A DNA stretch of 64,000 nucleotides from a bacterium (GCA_963681965.1 OY820579.1:3040001-3104000), one strand, 5' to 3'; shown: positions 29,767 to 40,663, numbered from the stretch's first letter. The notes: a model not told the origin generated them from the letters alone. Program-made: numbers and translations.

Positions 29767-31995
29767 TCAATCGTTATCGTCGCGTTCCAGCATTTCTTCC
29801 AGAGTTTCCATGCTGATCAAAATTTCTCGTGGCTTCGAACCGTCAAATCTACCTACAATTCCAGCTTGTTCCAGTTGATCGAGAAGTCTTCCGGCTCGAC
29901 TATATCCGACTTTCATTCTACGGCGAATAATTGCCACCGATCCCTGTCCCGCTCGCACACAAACCCTTGCCGCTTCGGCAAAGAGCTGATCCCGATCGTC
30001 GATACCACCTTCATCGTCGCCCTTGTCGTCACGTGGCGGTTCGAGGATCAATGGAGCCGCTTGGGGTTGCTTTGCAATCCACTGCAGAATTTTTTCGGTC
30101 TCGCCACCTTCGATTAAACAGCCATGAACTCGAACGGGTTTCATTTCCCACGGTGGTGAAAACAAGGCATCGCCTCGACCCAACAACTTTTCGGCACCGG
30201 TTTGATCCAAAATCGTCCGACTGTCGGTCTGACTGGCAACTTGAAATCCCAATCGTGCCGGTAAATTCGCTTTGATCACACCCGTAATCACATTGACCGA
30301 AGGTCGCTGCGTCGCAACAACTAAATGAATTCCCGTGGCTCGTGCCATTTGAGAAATACGTTGAATCGGGTCTTCAATTTCTTTCGCTGAAGCAAGCATC
30401 AGGTCAGCCAACTCGTCAATCACAATAACGATAAAACTCAGTGGTTCGGCTGCTGCAGGGTGTCCCTGGCGATGTTTATCCCGATACTCTTTAAGGTCTC
30501 TGACACCCGCTTGCGTCAATAGATCCAAGCGGCGTTCCATCTCAGCGACACCTGCTTGCAATAACTTCACTGCTTGTGCTGGTTTTGTCACCACTGGATC
30601 CGCCCCAGCCAGTCTCACTAAATGATGATCTGCCAAAACTTTATACGGAGTAAGTTCCAATTGTTTTGGATCGATCAAGGCAATCTTGACTTCCGAAGGA
30701 GTCCGCCGCAACAACAATGATCCCAATAAACAATTGATAAACACAGACTTACCAGAACCAGTTGTGCCTGCAATCAACAAGTGAGGCAGCTTGGCTAGAT
30801 CAGTTACAACCGGTTGACCATCCGTAGTTAATCCAACAGCAACTGGTAAAATCCAACTCTCTTTCTGAAAGATTGTCGATTCAACAACTTCTCGGAATCG
30901 AACAATTCTCGGTTTTCGATTCGGGATTTCAATACCAACTGCCTCTTCTCCCGGAATCGGTGCGAGGATTCGGACACTGATCGCTCGCATTGCTCGCGCG
31001 ATATCATCCGAAAGGTTGGCAAACGCACTGACTTTCACGCCCGGTCCCGGAACGAAGTCGTATCGCGTCACGACCGGACCGGGATGAATCGTGCTGATTT
31101 TCGCATTAACATTGAATTCACGTAATGTCTGAAGCAGTTTCTCTGCCAGTTCCTCGTAGGGTTCATCCACCATTTCCACATCGTTGGGAATGAATAAATC
31201 AAGGGGTGGAAGTTCGTAGCGCCCTTCGTCTTCAATGAGTAGATCCGGTTCGTTTTCTTCGACGATCGCGACCTGTTCCGGCTTTACAATTTTTGCTCCG
31301 GAAGATGTCATCGATACAGTTTCGAGAGGCATTTCATGAATAACCGGTGGTGGCGGTGGCGGCTTTTCAACAATCTTGGGTTTGACAACCGGGATCGGTT
31401 TGATATATACCCGTTCCCTTCGCGAAGTTCGCCATCGTACCCAGAGGTTTTTAATTCTATTCCCGAAAACGATGCCGATAAATACGATCGAAAGTAGTAG
31501 CAGAATTAAGAAGGTACCGAGTGGATTTAACGCCTCATTCGTCAATCGAATGAAACCTCCACCCAATAAACCACTGGCATCGAAATCGAATGTTGCTTCG
31601 AGAAAATCGGGAAAGCTTTGCCAAAAACCTATCCAGCAAGAACTCAACCAGCAAAGCACGATTACCGGTAATAGTCCGCGCAGATAGGGAAATCGGCGAT
31701 TGGGAAAAAACAGGGAAATCGCAAACCATGCGAGTAATCCGGGAAGAAGAAATGTAACATATCGCCCAAATGTCATTTGAAGCGAGAAAAAAGCTAGATG
31801 ACTACCGACTGGTCCTAACGAATTAGCGTACTCACCAAATCTTCCGCCAGTTCCTCCCGGTGGATCGGCAGGTGAATATGACCATAATGATAAAATCCAG
31901 ACAATACAAACAAAAAGAAGAATCAGTGCAAGGATCCACCGACGTTTGGGAGCAGTTTCCTCGAGAGGAACATTTTTTTTTCGTCGACCAGCCAT
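29767..31995 (-). CDS. ftsK: DNA translocase FtsK
   Basis: N-terminal TMs; PHLLIAGTTGSGKS, IDELADLM, ATQRPSV; gamma domain GYSRAGR. Confidence 0.97.
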   Translation of the reverse strand: MAGRRKKNVPLEETAPKRRWILALILLFVCIVWILSLWSYSPADPPGGTGGRFGEYANSLGPVGSHLAFFSLQMTFGRYVTFLLPGLLAWFAISLFFPNRRFPYLRGLLPVIVLCWLSSCWIGFWQSFPDFLEATFDFDASGLLGGGFIRLTNEALNPLGTFLILLLLSIVFIGIVFGNRIKNLWVRWRTSRRERVYIKPIPVVKPKIVEKPPPPPPVIHEMPLETVSMTSSGAKIVKPEQVAIVEENEPDLLIEDEGRYELPPLDLFIPNDVEMVDEPYEELAEKLLQTLREFNVNAKISTIHPGPVVTRYDFVPGPGVKVSAFANLSDDIARAMRAISVRILAPIPGEEAVGIEIPNRKPRIVRFREVVESTIFQKESWILPVAVGLTTDGQPVVTDLAKLPHLLIAGTTGSGKSVFINCLLGSLLLRRTPSEVKIALIDPKQLELTPYKVLADHHLVRLAGADPVVTKPAQAVKLLQAGVAEMERRLDLLTQAGVRDLKEYRDKHRQGHPAAAEPLSFIVIVIDELADLMLASAKEIEDPIQRISQMARATGIHLVVATQRPSVNVITGVIKANLPARLGFQVASQTDSRTILDQTGAEKLLGRGDALFSPPWEMKPVRVHGCLIEGGETEKILQWIAKQPQAAPLILEPPRDDKGDDEGGIDDRDQLFAEAARVCVRAGQGSVAIIRRRMKVGYSRAGRLLDQLEQAGIVGRFDGSKPREILISMETLEEMLERDDND

Positions 31996-32735
31996 TAGTT
32001 TTCGAGATCACTGACAATAGTTCGAATAATTTTTCCGTCGCGAAACAACGGAATACTGGTAAATCGATCGACTTCCGCACAGATCGAAAGATCACTCTCC
32101 ATACCGATACTCGTCAAATATTCACCATGTCGACAACCCGCAAGCATATTATTTAGATCGGTTCCGTAAACCATAGCCAGTGCCGATGCGGCTAACGCAC
32201 CATCGGTGAAAATTGCATCGGACTGCTGCTCGGAAATCATATTCGCAATAAAACCGGCACATACTGCATCTTCGAGTGAAAATCGGTCCAATTTACCGGC
32301 GCAAATGATTACGATATCACTGTTTTGATTCAGCAAAAATTGAACGGATGCCGAGAGATTAACAAAACTGGCAATGATCGATGCTTTGGCACTACGGGTC
32401 TTCAATAAAGTTTTCGAACCGTTGGTTGAGGAAAATATAATCGTCTTTCCCTTTACGACATCTGGAGAATATTCGATCGGTGAATTACCTAAATCGAAAC
32501 CGACGATTTTTTTCCCATCCCGTTCACCGCACAACAACAATGTCTCGCGCTCGAATTGCTGGGCTTTGTCCATCGCATCCGCCACCGATTCGGTGGGAAT
32601 CACGGCACGAGCATTATGTTCCAAGGCATAGATAATCGATGTCGACGCACGAAGGACATCCACTACGGCAATTACACGATCCTTTATGCGTTCTTCAGTC
32701 ACTTCCAATGGAATTAAACAGACATCGACTTTCAT
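31995..32735 (-). CDS. comB: 2-phosphosulfolactate phosphatase family protein
   Basis: VDVLRAST, GER.G....FDLGNSP, STNG, EDAVCAG. Confidence 0.9.
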   Translation of the reverse strand: MKVDVCLIPLEVTEERIKDRVIAVVDVLRASTSIIYALEHNARAVIPTESVADAMDKAQQFERETLLLCGERDGKKIVGFDLGNSPIEYSPDVVKGKTIIFSSTNGSKTLLKTRSAKASIIASFVNLSASVQFLLNQNSDIVIICAGKLDRFSLEDAVCAGFIANMISEQQSDAIFTDGALAASALAMVYGTDLNNMLAGCRHGEYLTSIGMESDLSICAEVDRFTSIPLFRDGKIIRTIVSDLEN

Positions 32736-32881
32736 AGACTCTCTTGCAGTAGTTGTATGAAATTAATTCGACAATGAATCGCTTGCTTCAAGATGAAGTA
32801 AGAATCGATTGTGGTGGATTATTTCGACCGCGTTGAAAAGAAGGGAAGTCGGCTTTTTACGACCGACCTCCCCAAAATAAG

Positions 32882-33988
32882 TTAGTCTTTTTTGACGAAT
32901 GGAACTTCGACTACAGTTGCTTTAATTGCCCGGTCGCGAACCACGATCTGGATTTCATTGCCAATCGCAGATTCATCTATTGTCACGTAACCAGTTCCAA
33001 TTCCCTTGTCGAGGGTCGGCGACCACATACCGCTGGTGGTAATACCAATAGTCATACCGGCTTTATTTCGAATTTCCATCGCCTGTCGCGGAACAGCGCG
33101 ACCTTCAACGATAAAGCCTACATTGGTTCGCGGAGTGACTTCAAGTTTTGCTTTCAAAATCGCATCGCGACCGGTAAAATCGCCTTTATTCAGTTTCACG
33201 ATCCAGCTTAATCCAGCTTCGATCGGATTGTGATAAGCATCGATTTCGTGTCCGTATAACGCGAATTTCATTTCCAACCGTAATGAATCGCGCGCTCCCA
33301 AACCGATCGGTTCGAGACCGAAATCCTTGCCATACTTCCACAATTCGTTCCAAACCTTAAGCGAATGTTCGACCGGGAAATAGAGTTCGTATCCCAATTC
33401 ACCAGTGTAGCCGGTTCGGGAAACAATACCGGGAATACCGGCGATTTGACCCGGTTGGCACCAATAGTACTTGATTGACGGAACATCGACATCGGTTAAT
33501 TTTTGAACCAATTCAGCCGATTTCGGACCCTGTACCGCTAGTAATGTATACGTGTCGCTCTTGTCTTCTAATTTCACACCATCCGCAGGAACGTGGGCTT
33601 TCAACCAAGCGAAATCCTTCTTAATGTTGGATGCGTTAACGACTAACATCACCCGGTCAGCGAGTCGATACACCAATAAATCGTCGACAAAACCACCATC
33701 CGGATAGCACAAGCCACTATACATCACTTGATTCAGTCCCAGTCCTTCGGCATTGTTGGTAACCATCGAATTCACCCACTGCAGCGCTTTCGGACCGGTG
33801 ACGATAAATTCACCCATGTGAGAGACATCGAAAACACCTACGCCTTTTCGAACGGCATGATGTTCCGCAAGAATTCCCTTTGAATAATTTACTGGCATTA
33901 GAAAACCAGCAAAATCAACCATTTTTCCACCGAGCGCAATGTGTTGGTCGGCTAGCGCCAAACGCCTGGGTTCACCGTGATTAGTCAT
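32882..33988 (-). CDS. gcvT: Glycine cleavage system aminomethyltransferase T
   Basis: FDVSHMG, NASN, RTGYTGE.GYE, GLGARDSLRLE. Confidence 0.97.
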   Translation of the reverse strand: MTNHGEPRRLALADQHIALGGKMVDFAGFLMPVNYSKGILAEHHAVRKGVGVFDVSHMGEFIVTGPKALQWVNSMVTNNAEGLGLNQVMYSGLCYPDGGFVDDLLVYRLADRVMLVVNASNIKKDFAWLKAHVPADGVKLEDKSDTYTLLAVQGPKSAELVQKLTDVDVPSIKYYWCQPGQIAGIPGIVSRTGYTGELGYELYFPVEHSLKVWNELWKYGKDFGLEPIGLGARDSLRLEMKFALYGHEIDAYHNPIEAGLSWIVKLNKGDFTGRDAILKAKLEVTPRTNVGFIVEGRAVPRQAMEIRNKAGMTIGITTSGMWSPTLDKGIGTGYVTIDESAIGNEIQIVVRDRAIKATVVEVPFVKKD

Positions 33989-34227
33989 TGAGTACTCCGT
34001 AGTTTTCTATCGGGGCAGTGAAGAATTGCCCTATCAGATATTGTACATATTGCAGGTTCGTGAATCGACCTGCTACGATTAGTAATACTGAGTTTTAAGT
34101 AGAAGTAGCATACACAACTGAGTAAAATACCTTTTTTTCTCATCTTGACCAAAGCACAGTTTTAGAATCAAAATGGCGACCGAAATCGCCATTTCACCTG
34201 AATCGATTTATACTAGTTCTCATGAGT

Positions 34228-34303
34228 GAGTTGTCATTGGTAGCAGGGGCGGATCCCATGTCCGCCTTCAAGTAAGGCGAAGACACCGAATCATGACAAC
34301 TTC
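34228..34303. repeat. Degenerate REP-like palindrome inside a short inverted repeat
   Basis: GCAGGGGCGGATCCCATGTCCGCC (34243..34266) resembles copies at 48856 and 61630; flanked by GTTGTCAT/ATGACAAC. Confidence 0.55.
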
Positions 34304-34331
34304 TTTTATAGCGTGACTTAAGTTCGATGCT

Positions 34332-34577
34332 TCACGTACGATTTGACCAAGCTGGAAGCTTCAACAATTGCTCTCTTGCCAATTCACGTGCGACCGATGC
34401 ATCTAATCCCTGTGTTTTTATAACAAAACCGGTCATACTGTCGAGTTTCTCTTCGAAATTCTGCATCGATCCATCCGGTTTAGCACAATAGATACAATAA
34501 TCTTTCGATGGATCACCTTGAGCGAATTGTTCTGTTCGCTCCATTGGCATCCCACAGGCAATACATTGTTTGGACAT
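34332..34577 (-). CDS. Zinc-ribbon domain protein (Zn_ribbon_2-like)
   Basis: CIACGMPM...DYCIYC; L.KLPAW C-terminus; AAGGAG RBS. Confidence 0.85.
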   Translation of the reverse strand: MSKQCIACGMPMERTEQFAQGDPSKDYCIYCAKPDGSMQNFEEKLDSMTGFVIKTQGLDASVARELAREQLLKLPAWSNRT

Positions 34578-34588
34578 AATCTTCTCCT

Positions 34589-35194
34589 TTAATTAACAGA
34601 TATTAACGACATATAATGGTCGATTAAATCACGACCGTAGCGCTCAATGACCGATTCATCCGGTGAAAATAGATTTTTGTTAATCAAATAATGATGTATT
34701 AATGCAATCCATGTATTGAATAACAAGTGTGGTGGAATTGCTTTCAAATTTCCTGATTTACAATCTTCTTCGAATACAATTTGGAGTCGATGCGAGATGG
34801 CAGATTGGATCCCCAAAAATGTATTTCGAACTGGAATCGGTAGTTGTGAAAACTCTTCGATGAGTCGGGAATAGAATGGTTCAACCTCTTTGAGGCATTG
34901 AAGATGAGCCTCTAGAACCCCTCGAACACCTACTGCCCAATCCCCTAGTTCACCAGATCGGTGAATGACGCGAGATCCAAATTCGTGAGTCACTTCGATC
35001 AATAATGCTTCCTTCGTCGGGAAATGTAGAAACAGTGTACCATGTGCCACTCCTGCAGCGCGAGCAATATTGATCGTTCGGCACTGCATTAGCCCCTTTT
35101 CCCCGAATACGCGATAAGCAGTATCAATAACTAATTTTCGAGTATCGCTTTTCCGGTCAAGACGAGTTTTTGGTGGAGTTTTCATATTGAGCAT
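34589..35194 (-). CDS. TetR/AcrR family regulator
   Basis: IARAAGVAHGTLFLHFPTKEAL HTH. Confidence 0.93.
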   Translation of the reverse strand: MLNMKTPPKTRLDRKSDTRKLVIDTAYRVFGEKGLMQCRTINIARAAGVAHGTLFLHFPTKEALLIEVTHEFGSRVIHRSGELGDWAVGVRGVLEAHLQCLKEVEPFYSRLIEEFSQLPIPVRNTFLGIQSAISHRLQIVFEEDCKSGNLKAIPPHLLFNTWIALIHHYLINKNLFSPDESVIERYGRDLIDHYMSLISVN

Positions 35195-35215
35195 CTACTC
35201 ACTGAGTTACCGCTC

Positions 35216-35244
35216 ATTATAACAAAAAAATTAGTCATTGTCAA
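35216..35244 (-). promoter_or_regulatory. Consensus sigma70 promoter of the tetR-zinc ribbon operon
   Basis: TTGACA-N17-TATAAT. Confidence 0.8.
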
Positions 35245-35374
35245 GCATAACAGCCCTTTAGTATAAGAAATTGAATTTTTTTACTGTGAATAAGCTAGAA
35301 ATAGCAGGAAAAAAAAGTTCAATATTGATTTATCGGTATTTATATATTTCTTGTACGGACAAATTCAGAATGGA

Positions 35375-36448
35375 TTAGTTCTTCTGTTTCCCAAAAACCA
35401 CAAAATTCCAAACGCCTTTCAGAAAACCGCTACCGTACGCTAAATGGTATGTTGCAAACACAGCCGGGAAGATCGGTAAATACTTCAACCCATGTTTTAC
35501 TGCGAGCTGTATCGATGCCAGAATGGATGCACTCAGATATGCGAATGTTGAAAGTCCAAAAATTCCCAGCCAGATTTGTCCAATGATCGATGTGGTTGGA
35601 CTTTCCACCAATTGACCAAGAATTAGAGATAAAAGTCCAATCAATAAACTAGCGACCTCAACCAAAACAAATGTACCGGGGACAACGTGTCGAATCGATG
35701 TCGGTCGGGAATGTTTCTGAATTACTCGAATTTTCCAATAACCATATTCAAAATATTGCTTCCACAGTTTCGATAACGGTGTTCTGGGAGTGTAGAAACT
35801 TTTCATCCGTGGTGTCTGCCAGATCTTGCCACCACTCTTTAGCAGTCGGTAATTGAATTCATCATCCTGATTCCGGATCAATTCCTCATCAAACATGCCA
35901 ATTCTGGTAAATACGTCGCGATGATACACTCCACCGAACGTAGTTTCGGCGTACCCTTCAAAATTAATATCGTGCCATTGCGCTCCCCCCATCCCGAAAA
36001 ATGAATTGTGCGCAAACCCGATTGCCTTTTGTAAAGTTGTGTTTCCGACGGCAATCATCGAACCACCTACATCGTCGGCACCAGTTTCCTCACGAACCAG
36101 AATCGCTTGATATAAATAATCTTCGGAGTAACTACTGTGCGCTCCCATGATTGCGATCAATTCGCCACGAGCAGCGCGTATACCAGCGTTAAAAGCAAAA
36201 GGAGTATACCGATCGGGGTTATCGATCAATCGAATTCGAGAATCCTGCTTGATCAACACTTCGACGATGGAGCGAGTTCGATCAGTAGATCGACCGTCGA
36301 CAATTAGTAGTTCAAAGCCACCTTCAGGTTCTCGTTGCATCAAGACTGATCGAATCGAATTTTCGATAAACTTCTCTTCGTTGTATGTCGGCATGATTAC
36401 CGAGATTTTCGGAGGGTGATTTTCGATCAAATTGCCTTGCAATGCCAT
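35375..36448 (-). CDS. Glycosyltransferase family 2 (ExoA-like)
   Basis: SVIMPTYNEE, VDGRSTD, FDEELIRNQDDEFNYR, QYFEYG; C-terminal TMs. Confidence 0.92.
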   Translation of the reverse strand: MALQGNLIENHPPKISVIMPTYNEEKFIENSIRSVLMQREPEGGFELLIVDGRSTDRTRSIVEVLIKQDSRIRLIDNPDRYTPFAFNAGIRAARGELIAIMGAHSSYSEDYLYQAILVREETGADDVGGSMIAVGNTTLQKAIGFAHNSFFGMGGAQWHDINFEGYAETTFGGVYHRDVFTRIGMFDEELIRNQDDEFNYRLLKSGGKIWQTPRMKSFYTPRTPLSKLWKQYFEYGYWKIRVIQKHSRPTSIRHVVPGTFVLVEVASLLIGLLSLILGQLVESPTTSIIGQIWLGIFGLSTFAYLSASILASIQLAVKHGLKYLPIFPAVFATYHLAYGSGFLKGVWNFVVFGKQKN

Positions 36449-36507
36449 TACTATCCCTTATGAGTGCAGCTCTTCGTCCTGATAAATATTGAGTGTACTG
36501 AATCGTA

Positions 36508-37932
36508 TCAATCAATTGTTTTGAGAATTACCCGCTCGCGAGCTTGCCAGTATTCCACTAATTCCGTCGCAGTTGTCCACCAAATATCCGAGTCTCTGAA
36601 CAATGGAACAACGATTTCTTTGAATTTATCGATATACCTGCTATATCTATAGTCGTTGACAGCAGTCTCTTGGTGCCAATTGAATACGGATGTACCACCG
36701 ATCTGTCGATTTTGCTCGATAATGGATTGTGCTACTTCTTCGGCTTCGTCCTCTGAAACCATCCCTTCAAAGAATTGAACATCCATCATTTGCATCGGTA
36801 ATTCCCAGAAATCGATCCGCTTGCCGGATACAATATCAATCGGTCGATAAGGCAAAGATGTGCCGGATCGGTAACCCGACAAATCTCGCCATGCGATCGA
36901 GGAATCATACAGATATCCTGCTGCCATGTGGGCTTTGAAAGTTTCGATCGGATCGTCCCAATTCACAGCAAGATAATGATGTCTCACACCAGTAATCGGT
37001 AATTCAAGCATTCGCTCGATTTCCGATTTGGCGGATTGTAGACCATTCGAGATATACCGGGTCATGAGTGATGGATGAGCACCGATTTCCCATCTTTCAG
37101 TGACCATTTGGTGAAGTAATGTCCACCGATTGTCACGCCGTCCTAACGATGATCGACAATCCCTACTTTCAAATGGAATGCCAAGTGGTCGGATGTAAAC
37201 ATAGAACGTACTTCTTACATTATTCAGCCGTTCAAAATCGAACCACCATTGAAATCCATCGAGTGGGTTACCCTTCGATCGACCTAACCAAACCAATCCA
37301 TCACGCATCATTCTTAAATCGATCGGATTGCGCTTAAGCAATCCTTTGAGACCATTGGCAGCGATCTCAAGCATTCCACCCAAGTTTACAGCATCGACGT
37401 CATGTGAGAGAACCGCTGCTTGTTTTTTTCCGTCTTTCCAGCGAGGAATTGATTCTGAAAATAACTTCGGAAACTGCTTTTCACATTCGAATTTAAGCCA
37501 ATCCGCCATCAATTCGACTAGCGGTAGATGCGGATCGCGCTTCAGCTCATCGGGTAAATCACGGACCAAAAATAACCCTCTTGCATCGCGGAGCGATTCG
37601 GGAATCTGTTTCTCATCGAGCAGTGTTAACAGACGAAACGATCCACCCACGATATCGGGCAGTGCATTTGATTCAGTACGGGCGACCCCCCAATATTGAC
37701 GGTCTCCTCTATTAAAAATGGCGCAATTGGTCTCAGGTTGATAAAGTTTTTCGTCGCAGGAAATTAGAACAAAGGATTGATTGTTAAGAGAAGAACTACC
37801 ATAAACGATGTGAGGTTGATCCGATTCCGAAACGAATTGTACTCCTACTCCCCACCGAAGTGCGAATTCGATAAATATTGATCTCGCACACTCTCGTAAT
37901 TGAGATGGAACATTCAGAAATACTCGAATCAA
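36508..37932 (-). CDS. Polysaccharide deacetylase family protein
   Basis: LSHDVD, EIGAHPS, GVRHHYL, YDSS, YRSGT..PY, WH. Confidence 0.8.
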   Translation of the reverse strand: MIRVFLNVPSQLRECARSIFIEFALRWGVGVQFVSESDQPHIVYGSSSLNNQSFVLISCDEKLYQPETNCAIFNRGDRQYWGVARTESNALPDIVGGSFRLLTLLDEKQIPESLRDARGLFLVRDLPDELKRDPHLPLVELMADWLKFECEKQFPKLFSESIPRWKDGKKQAAVLSHDVDAVNLGGMLEIAANGLKGLLKRNPIDLRMMRDGLVWLGRSKGNPLDGFQWWFDFERLNNVRSTFYVYIRPLGIPFESRDCRSSLGRRDNRWTLLHQMVTERWEIGAHPSLMTRYISNGLQSAKSEIERMLELPITGVRHHYLAVNWDDPIETFKAHMAAGYLYDSSIAWRDLSGYRSGTSLPYRPIDIVSGKRIDFWELPMQMMDVQFFEGMVSEDEAEEVAQSIIEQNRQIGGTSVFNWHQETAVNDYRYSRYIDKFKEIVVPLFRDSDIWWTTATELVEYWQARERVILKTID

Positions 37933-38012
37933 GCAACACTCTCACGTTAAATGTTTAATAGTATTTTATTCGAGCAGAGTAGTGGTATTGAATTGTGAAT
38001 GACAACGGTAAT

Positions 38013-38060
38013 ATCATACCCCGGTTACTCAATGCATTACTTGAGTATCCGGGGTATGAT
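38013..38060. other. Long intergenic hairpin
   Basis: ATCATACCCCGG.TACTCAA...TTGAGTA.CCGGGGTATGAT. Confidence 0.6.
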
Positions 38061-38069
38061 TACAGGAAT

Positions 38070-39182
38070 TTACTTATGCGACGTAAAAAAGGCTTTGATC
38101 GCATTAACCGTCGTAATGATGTGATCCTCTGTCATTTCAGGGAATAACGGTAACGAAAGCTCTTCTTCCTGATGCGCGTAAGCAAAGGGAAAATCAGCAA
38201 TCGTTGAATTCAAATAGGAATAAGCTTCGAGAAATGGGAGTGCAGTTGGATAATGAACGGCAGTCTCGATACCGTTATCGGCAAGATACTTCTGAAGCTG
38301 ATTCCGAACTGAGGTCTTGATCCCGAAGATATGATGAGTGTGAATCGAATTGGGTCTAATATTCGGGATGCAAATCTCCTCGACATCTTTCAACAAATCC
38401 CGATAACGATCTGCATGTTGTCGTCGAAGATTGTTCCATTTCGGAAGATGCGGAAGTTTTACACTCAGAATGGCTGCTTGTAATCCATCGAGTCGGCTGT
38501 TAATTCCTTCGATCCGATGTTGGTGCTTTACGATTTGCCCGTGATTGGCAAGCATTCGACAATTCTCTGCCAGTTTGTCGTCATTCGTCACAATACAACC
38601 AGCATCACCGTAAGCACCTAAATTCTTGCCCGGATAAAAACTGAATGTTCCAGCAATACCCATCGTCCCGGCTAATCTGCCATTAAAAGCGGAAAAATGC
38701 GATTGTGCACAATCTTCAACCACGAATAAATGGTGCTTATCTGCGATCGCGAGAATTTGATCCATTGCCGCCATCTGACCATATAGATGAACGGGAATAA
38801 TGGCTTTGGTACGATCGGTAATTACTGCTTCGATATTGGTCTCGTCGATGGTAAAATGCACGGGATCGATATCGACAAATACTGGTTTTGCACCGGTTAG
38901 ACTAATCGTTTCAGAAGTAGCGATCCAACTAGAAGCAGTGGTAATCACTTCGTCGCCGGCACCGATTCCGAGCATCTTCAACGCGATAAAGATTGCATCG
39001 GTACCATTGGCAACACCGATACAGTGCTTCATCCCGATCGTTGACGCAAATTGAGTTTCAAACTCTTTTACATATTTGCCTTTGATGAAAGCACATTCTT
39101 CAATAACGGAATGAATCGCGTGATCGATATCTTGCTTGATCGTTAAATACTGTGCATGTAAATCGACAAATGGGACGTGCAT
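38070..39182 (-). CDS. DegT/DnrJ/EryC1/StrS aminotransferase (WbpE-like)
   Basis: NGTDA, PVHLYGQ, EDCAQSH, SFYPGKNLGAYGDAG. Confidence 0.95.
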   Translation of the reverse strand: MHVPFVDLHAQYLTIKQDIDHAIHSVIEECAFIKGKYVKEFETQFASTIGMKHCIGVANGTDAIFIALKMLGIGAGDEVITTASSWIATSETISLTGAKPVFVDIDPVHFTIDETNIEAVITDRTKAIIPVHLYGQMAAMDQILAIADKHHLFVVEDCAQSHFSAFNGRLAGTMGIAGTFSFYPGKNLGAYGDAGCIVTNDDKLAENCRMLANHGQIVKHQHRIEGINSRLDGLQAAILSVKLPHLPKWNNLRRQHADRYRDLLKDVEEICIPNIRPNSIHTHHIFGIKTSVRNQLQKYLADNGIETAVHYPTALPFLEAYSYLNSTIADFPFAYAHQEEELSLPLFPEMTEDHIITTVNAIKAFFTSHK

Positions 39183-39195
39183 AAATCCTCAGACG

Positions 39196-39660
39196 TTAAA
39201 TATTGCGAATTTTCTTTGCAGGATTACCGGCATAAATTCCTGGTTCCAGAATATCTTTAGTGACCACCGAACCGGCTCCGATCACGACATTGTCGGCTAT
39301 CTTTACCGGTAATATTGTGGAATTCGTGCCAATCGATACATGGTTTCCGATCTCAGTCGATTTCCATTTCGACTTATCGCCACCTGCTGGACCACCTTTG
39401 TTGAAAGTATCGTTGATGAACATAGCGCCGTGCGAAATGAAACAGTTCTCGCCGATATTGACCAAATCGCAGATAAACGCATGAGATTGAACTTTTGTAT
39501 TAGCGCCGATCTTAGCGCCTCGTTGAATCTCCACAAACGGACCGATAAAACAATTGTCGCCGATCGAACAGCCGTATAAATTTACCGGTGAAACAATCTT
39601 CACATTTTCGCCAAATTCAACGTCGACGATACCATTCGGAAAGATTTTTGGTTCAGCCAT
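39196..39660 (-). CDS. Hexapeptide N-acetyltransferase (WbpD/WxcM-like)
   Basis: NLYGC.IG, GPFVEIQ, SH.FIC, GAGSVVTKD, GNPAK. Confidence 0.9.
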   Translation of the reverse strand: MAEPKIFPNGIVDVEFGENVKIVSPVNLYGCSIGDNCFIGPFVEIQRGAKIGANTKVQSHAFICDLVNIGENCFISHGAMFINDTFNKGGPAGGDKSKWKSTEIGNHVSIGTNSTILPVKIADNVVIGAGSVVTKDILEPGIYAGNPAKKIRNI

Positions 39661-40663
39661 TTTGCGCAGCCCTGTAAATTTTATCGATTATTTCGACTGT
39701 TTTCAATCCTTCAATACCGACCGTTCCAATTACTCCGCCATTCAACAAAACATCGCGGACATTTTGGTATACTTTATCATGATTGGACATCGATCCGACA
39801 TAGTTACCGTAATTATTCGGGGGATTTCCCTCGGGCAATCCTTCGATCCGATAATTCTCGATCTCCTGATATTCCAATTCATTGAGATATTGCCCGCCGA
39901 CTTTTACTGTCCCTTTTTCACCGAAAACAGTCAAGGAACCTTCCATGTTTTTCTTGAATGCATTAATCGAAAAATTGATCGTTCCAATTACACCATTGTA
40001 AAATTCGACAATAGCAACTCCTTCGTCCTCGAACTCGACTGTATCCTGATGTATCCGATTGTTGATATACGACTTAACATTCTTGATATCGCCGATCATC
40101 CAATATAGCAAGTCAATAAAGTGACTGAATTGAGTATAGAGTGTGCCGCCATCCAGTTTTCGAGTCCCTTTCCAATCGTCTTGAAAATATGCCGGACCGC
40201 GATTCCAGTAACAGTTCAACTGAATGCTTAATATTTGTCCTAATTTTCCCTCGTCGATCGCTTTTTTCAAGGCTTCAACAGGTGGATTATAACGATTTTG
40301 TTTTACGATAAAGAGGCGTTTGTTGGCAGTCTCGGCGGTTTTAATCATTTCAACGCAATCATGTACTTGAATCGCCATTGGTTTTTCACAGAGGACATGA
40401 AAACCAGATTTAAGCGCTTTTATTGAATGCGCAGCATGTAATCCATTCGGTGTACAGATGGATATGACGTCAATCGATTTTTCGGATTCGAGCATATCTT
40501 CGAGTTTTGAATATGCTTTACTTGAATATTGTTGTGCCAATTTCTCCGCACGGTCTGGAATGATGTCGCAAACAGCAACCAATTCACCAAATTGCGCCGC
40601 CCATTGCGCGTGACGCTGTGCGATTCGACCACAACCAATCAATCCGAATTTTAATTTTTCCAC
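39653..40663 (-). CDS. Gfo/Idh/MocA oxidoreductase (WbpB/WlbA-like)
   Basis: GCGRIA.RH, EKPMA, QNRYNP; GGAG RBS before GTG at 40663. Confidence 0.9.
   Translation of the reverse strand: MEKLKFGLIGCGRIAQRHAQWAAQFGELVAVCDIIPDRAEKLAQQYSSKAYSKLEDMLESEKSIDVISICTPNGLHAAHSIKALKSGFHVLCEKPMAIQVHDCVEMIKTAETANKRLFIVKQNRYNPPVEALKKAIDEGKLGQILSIQLNCYWNRGPAYFQDDWKGTRKLDGGTLYTQFSHFIDLLYWMIGDIKNVKSYINNRIHQDTVEFEDEGVAIVEFYNGVIGTINFSINAFKKNMEGSLTVFGEKGTVKVGGQYLNELEYQEIENYRIEGLPEGNPPNNYGNYVGSMSNHDKVYQNVRDVLLNGGVIGTVGIEGLKTVEIIDKIYRAAQNG

Noticed and set aside
33989-34200. Possible glycine riboswitch upstream of gcvT
   Set aside because: Hairpins exist, but the GGAGA / CCGAAG / CTCTCAGG core motifs are absent.
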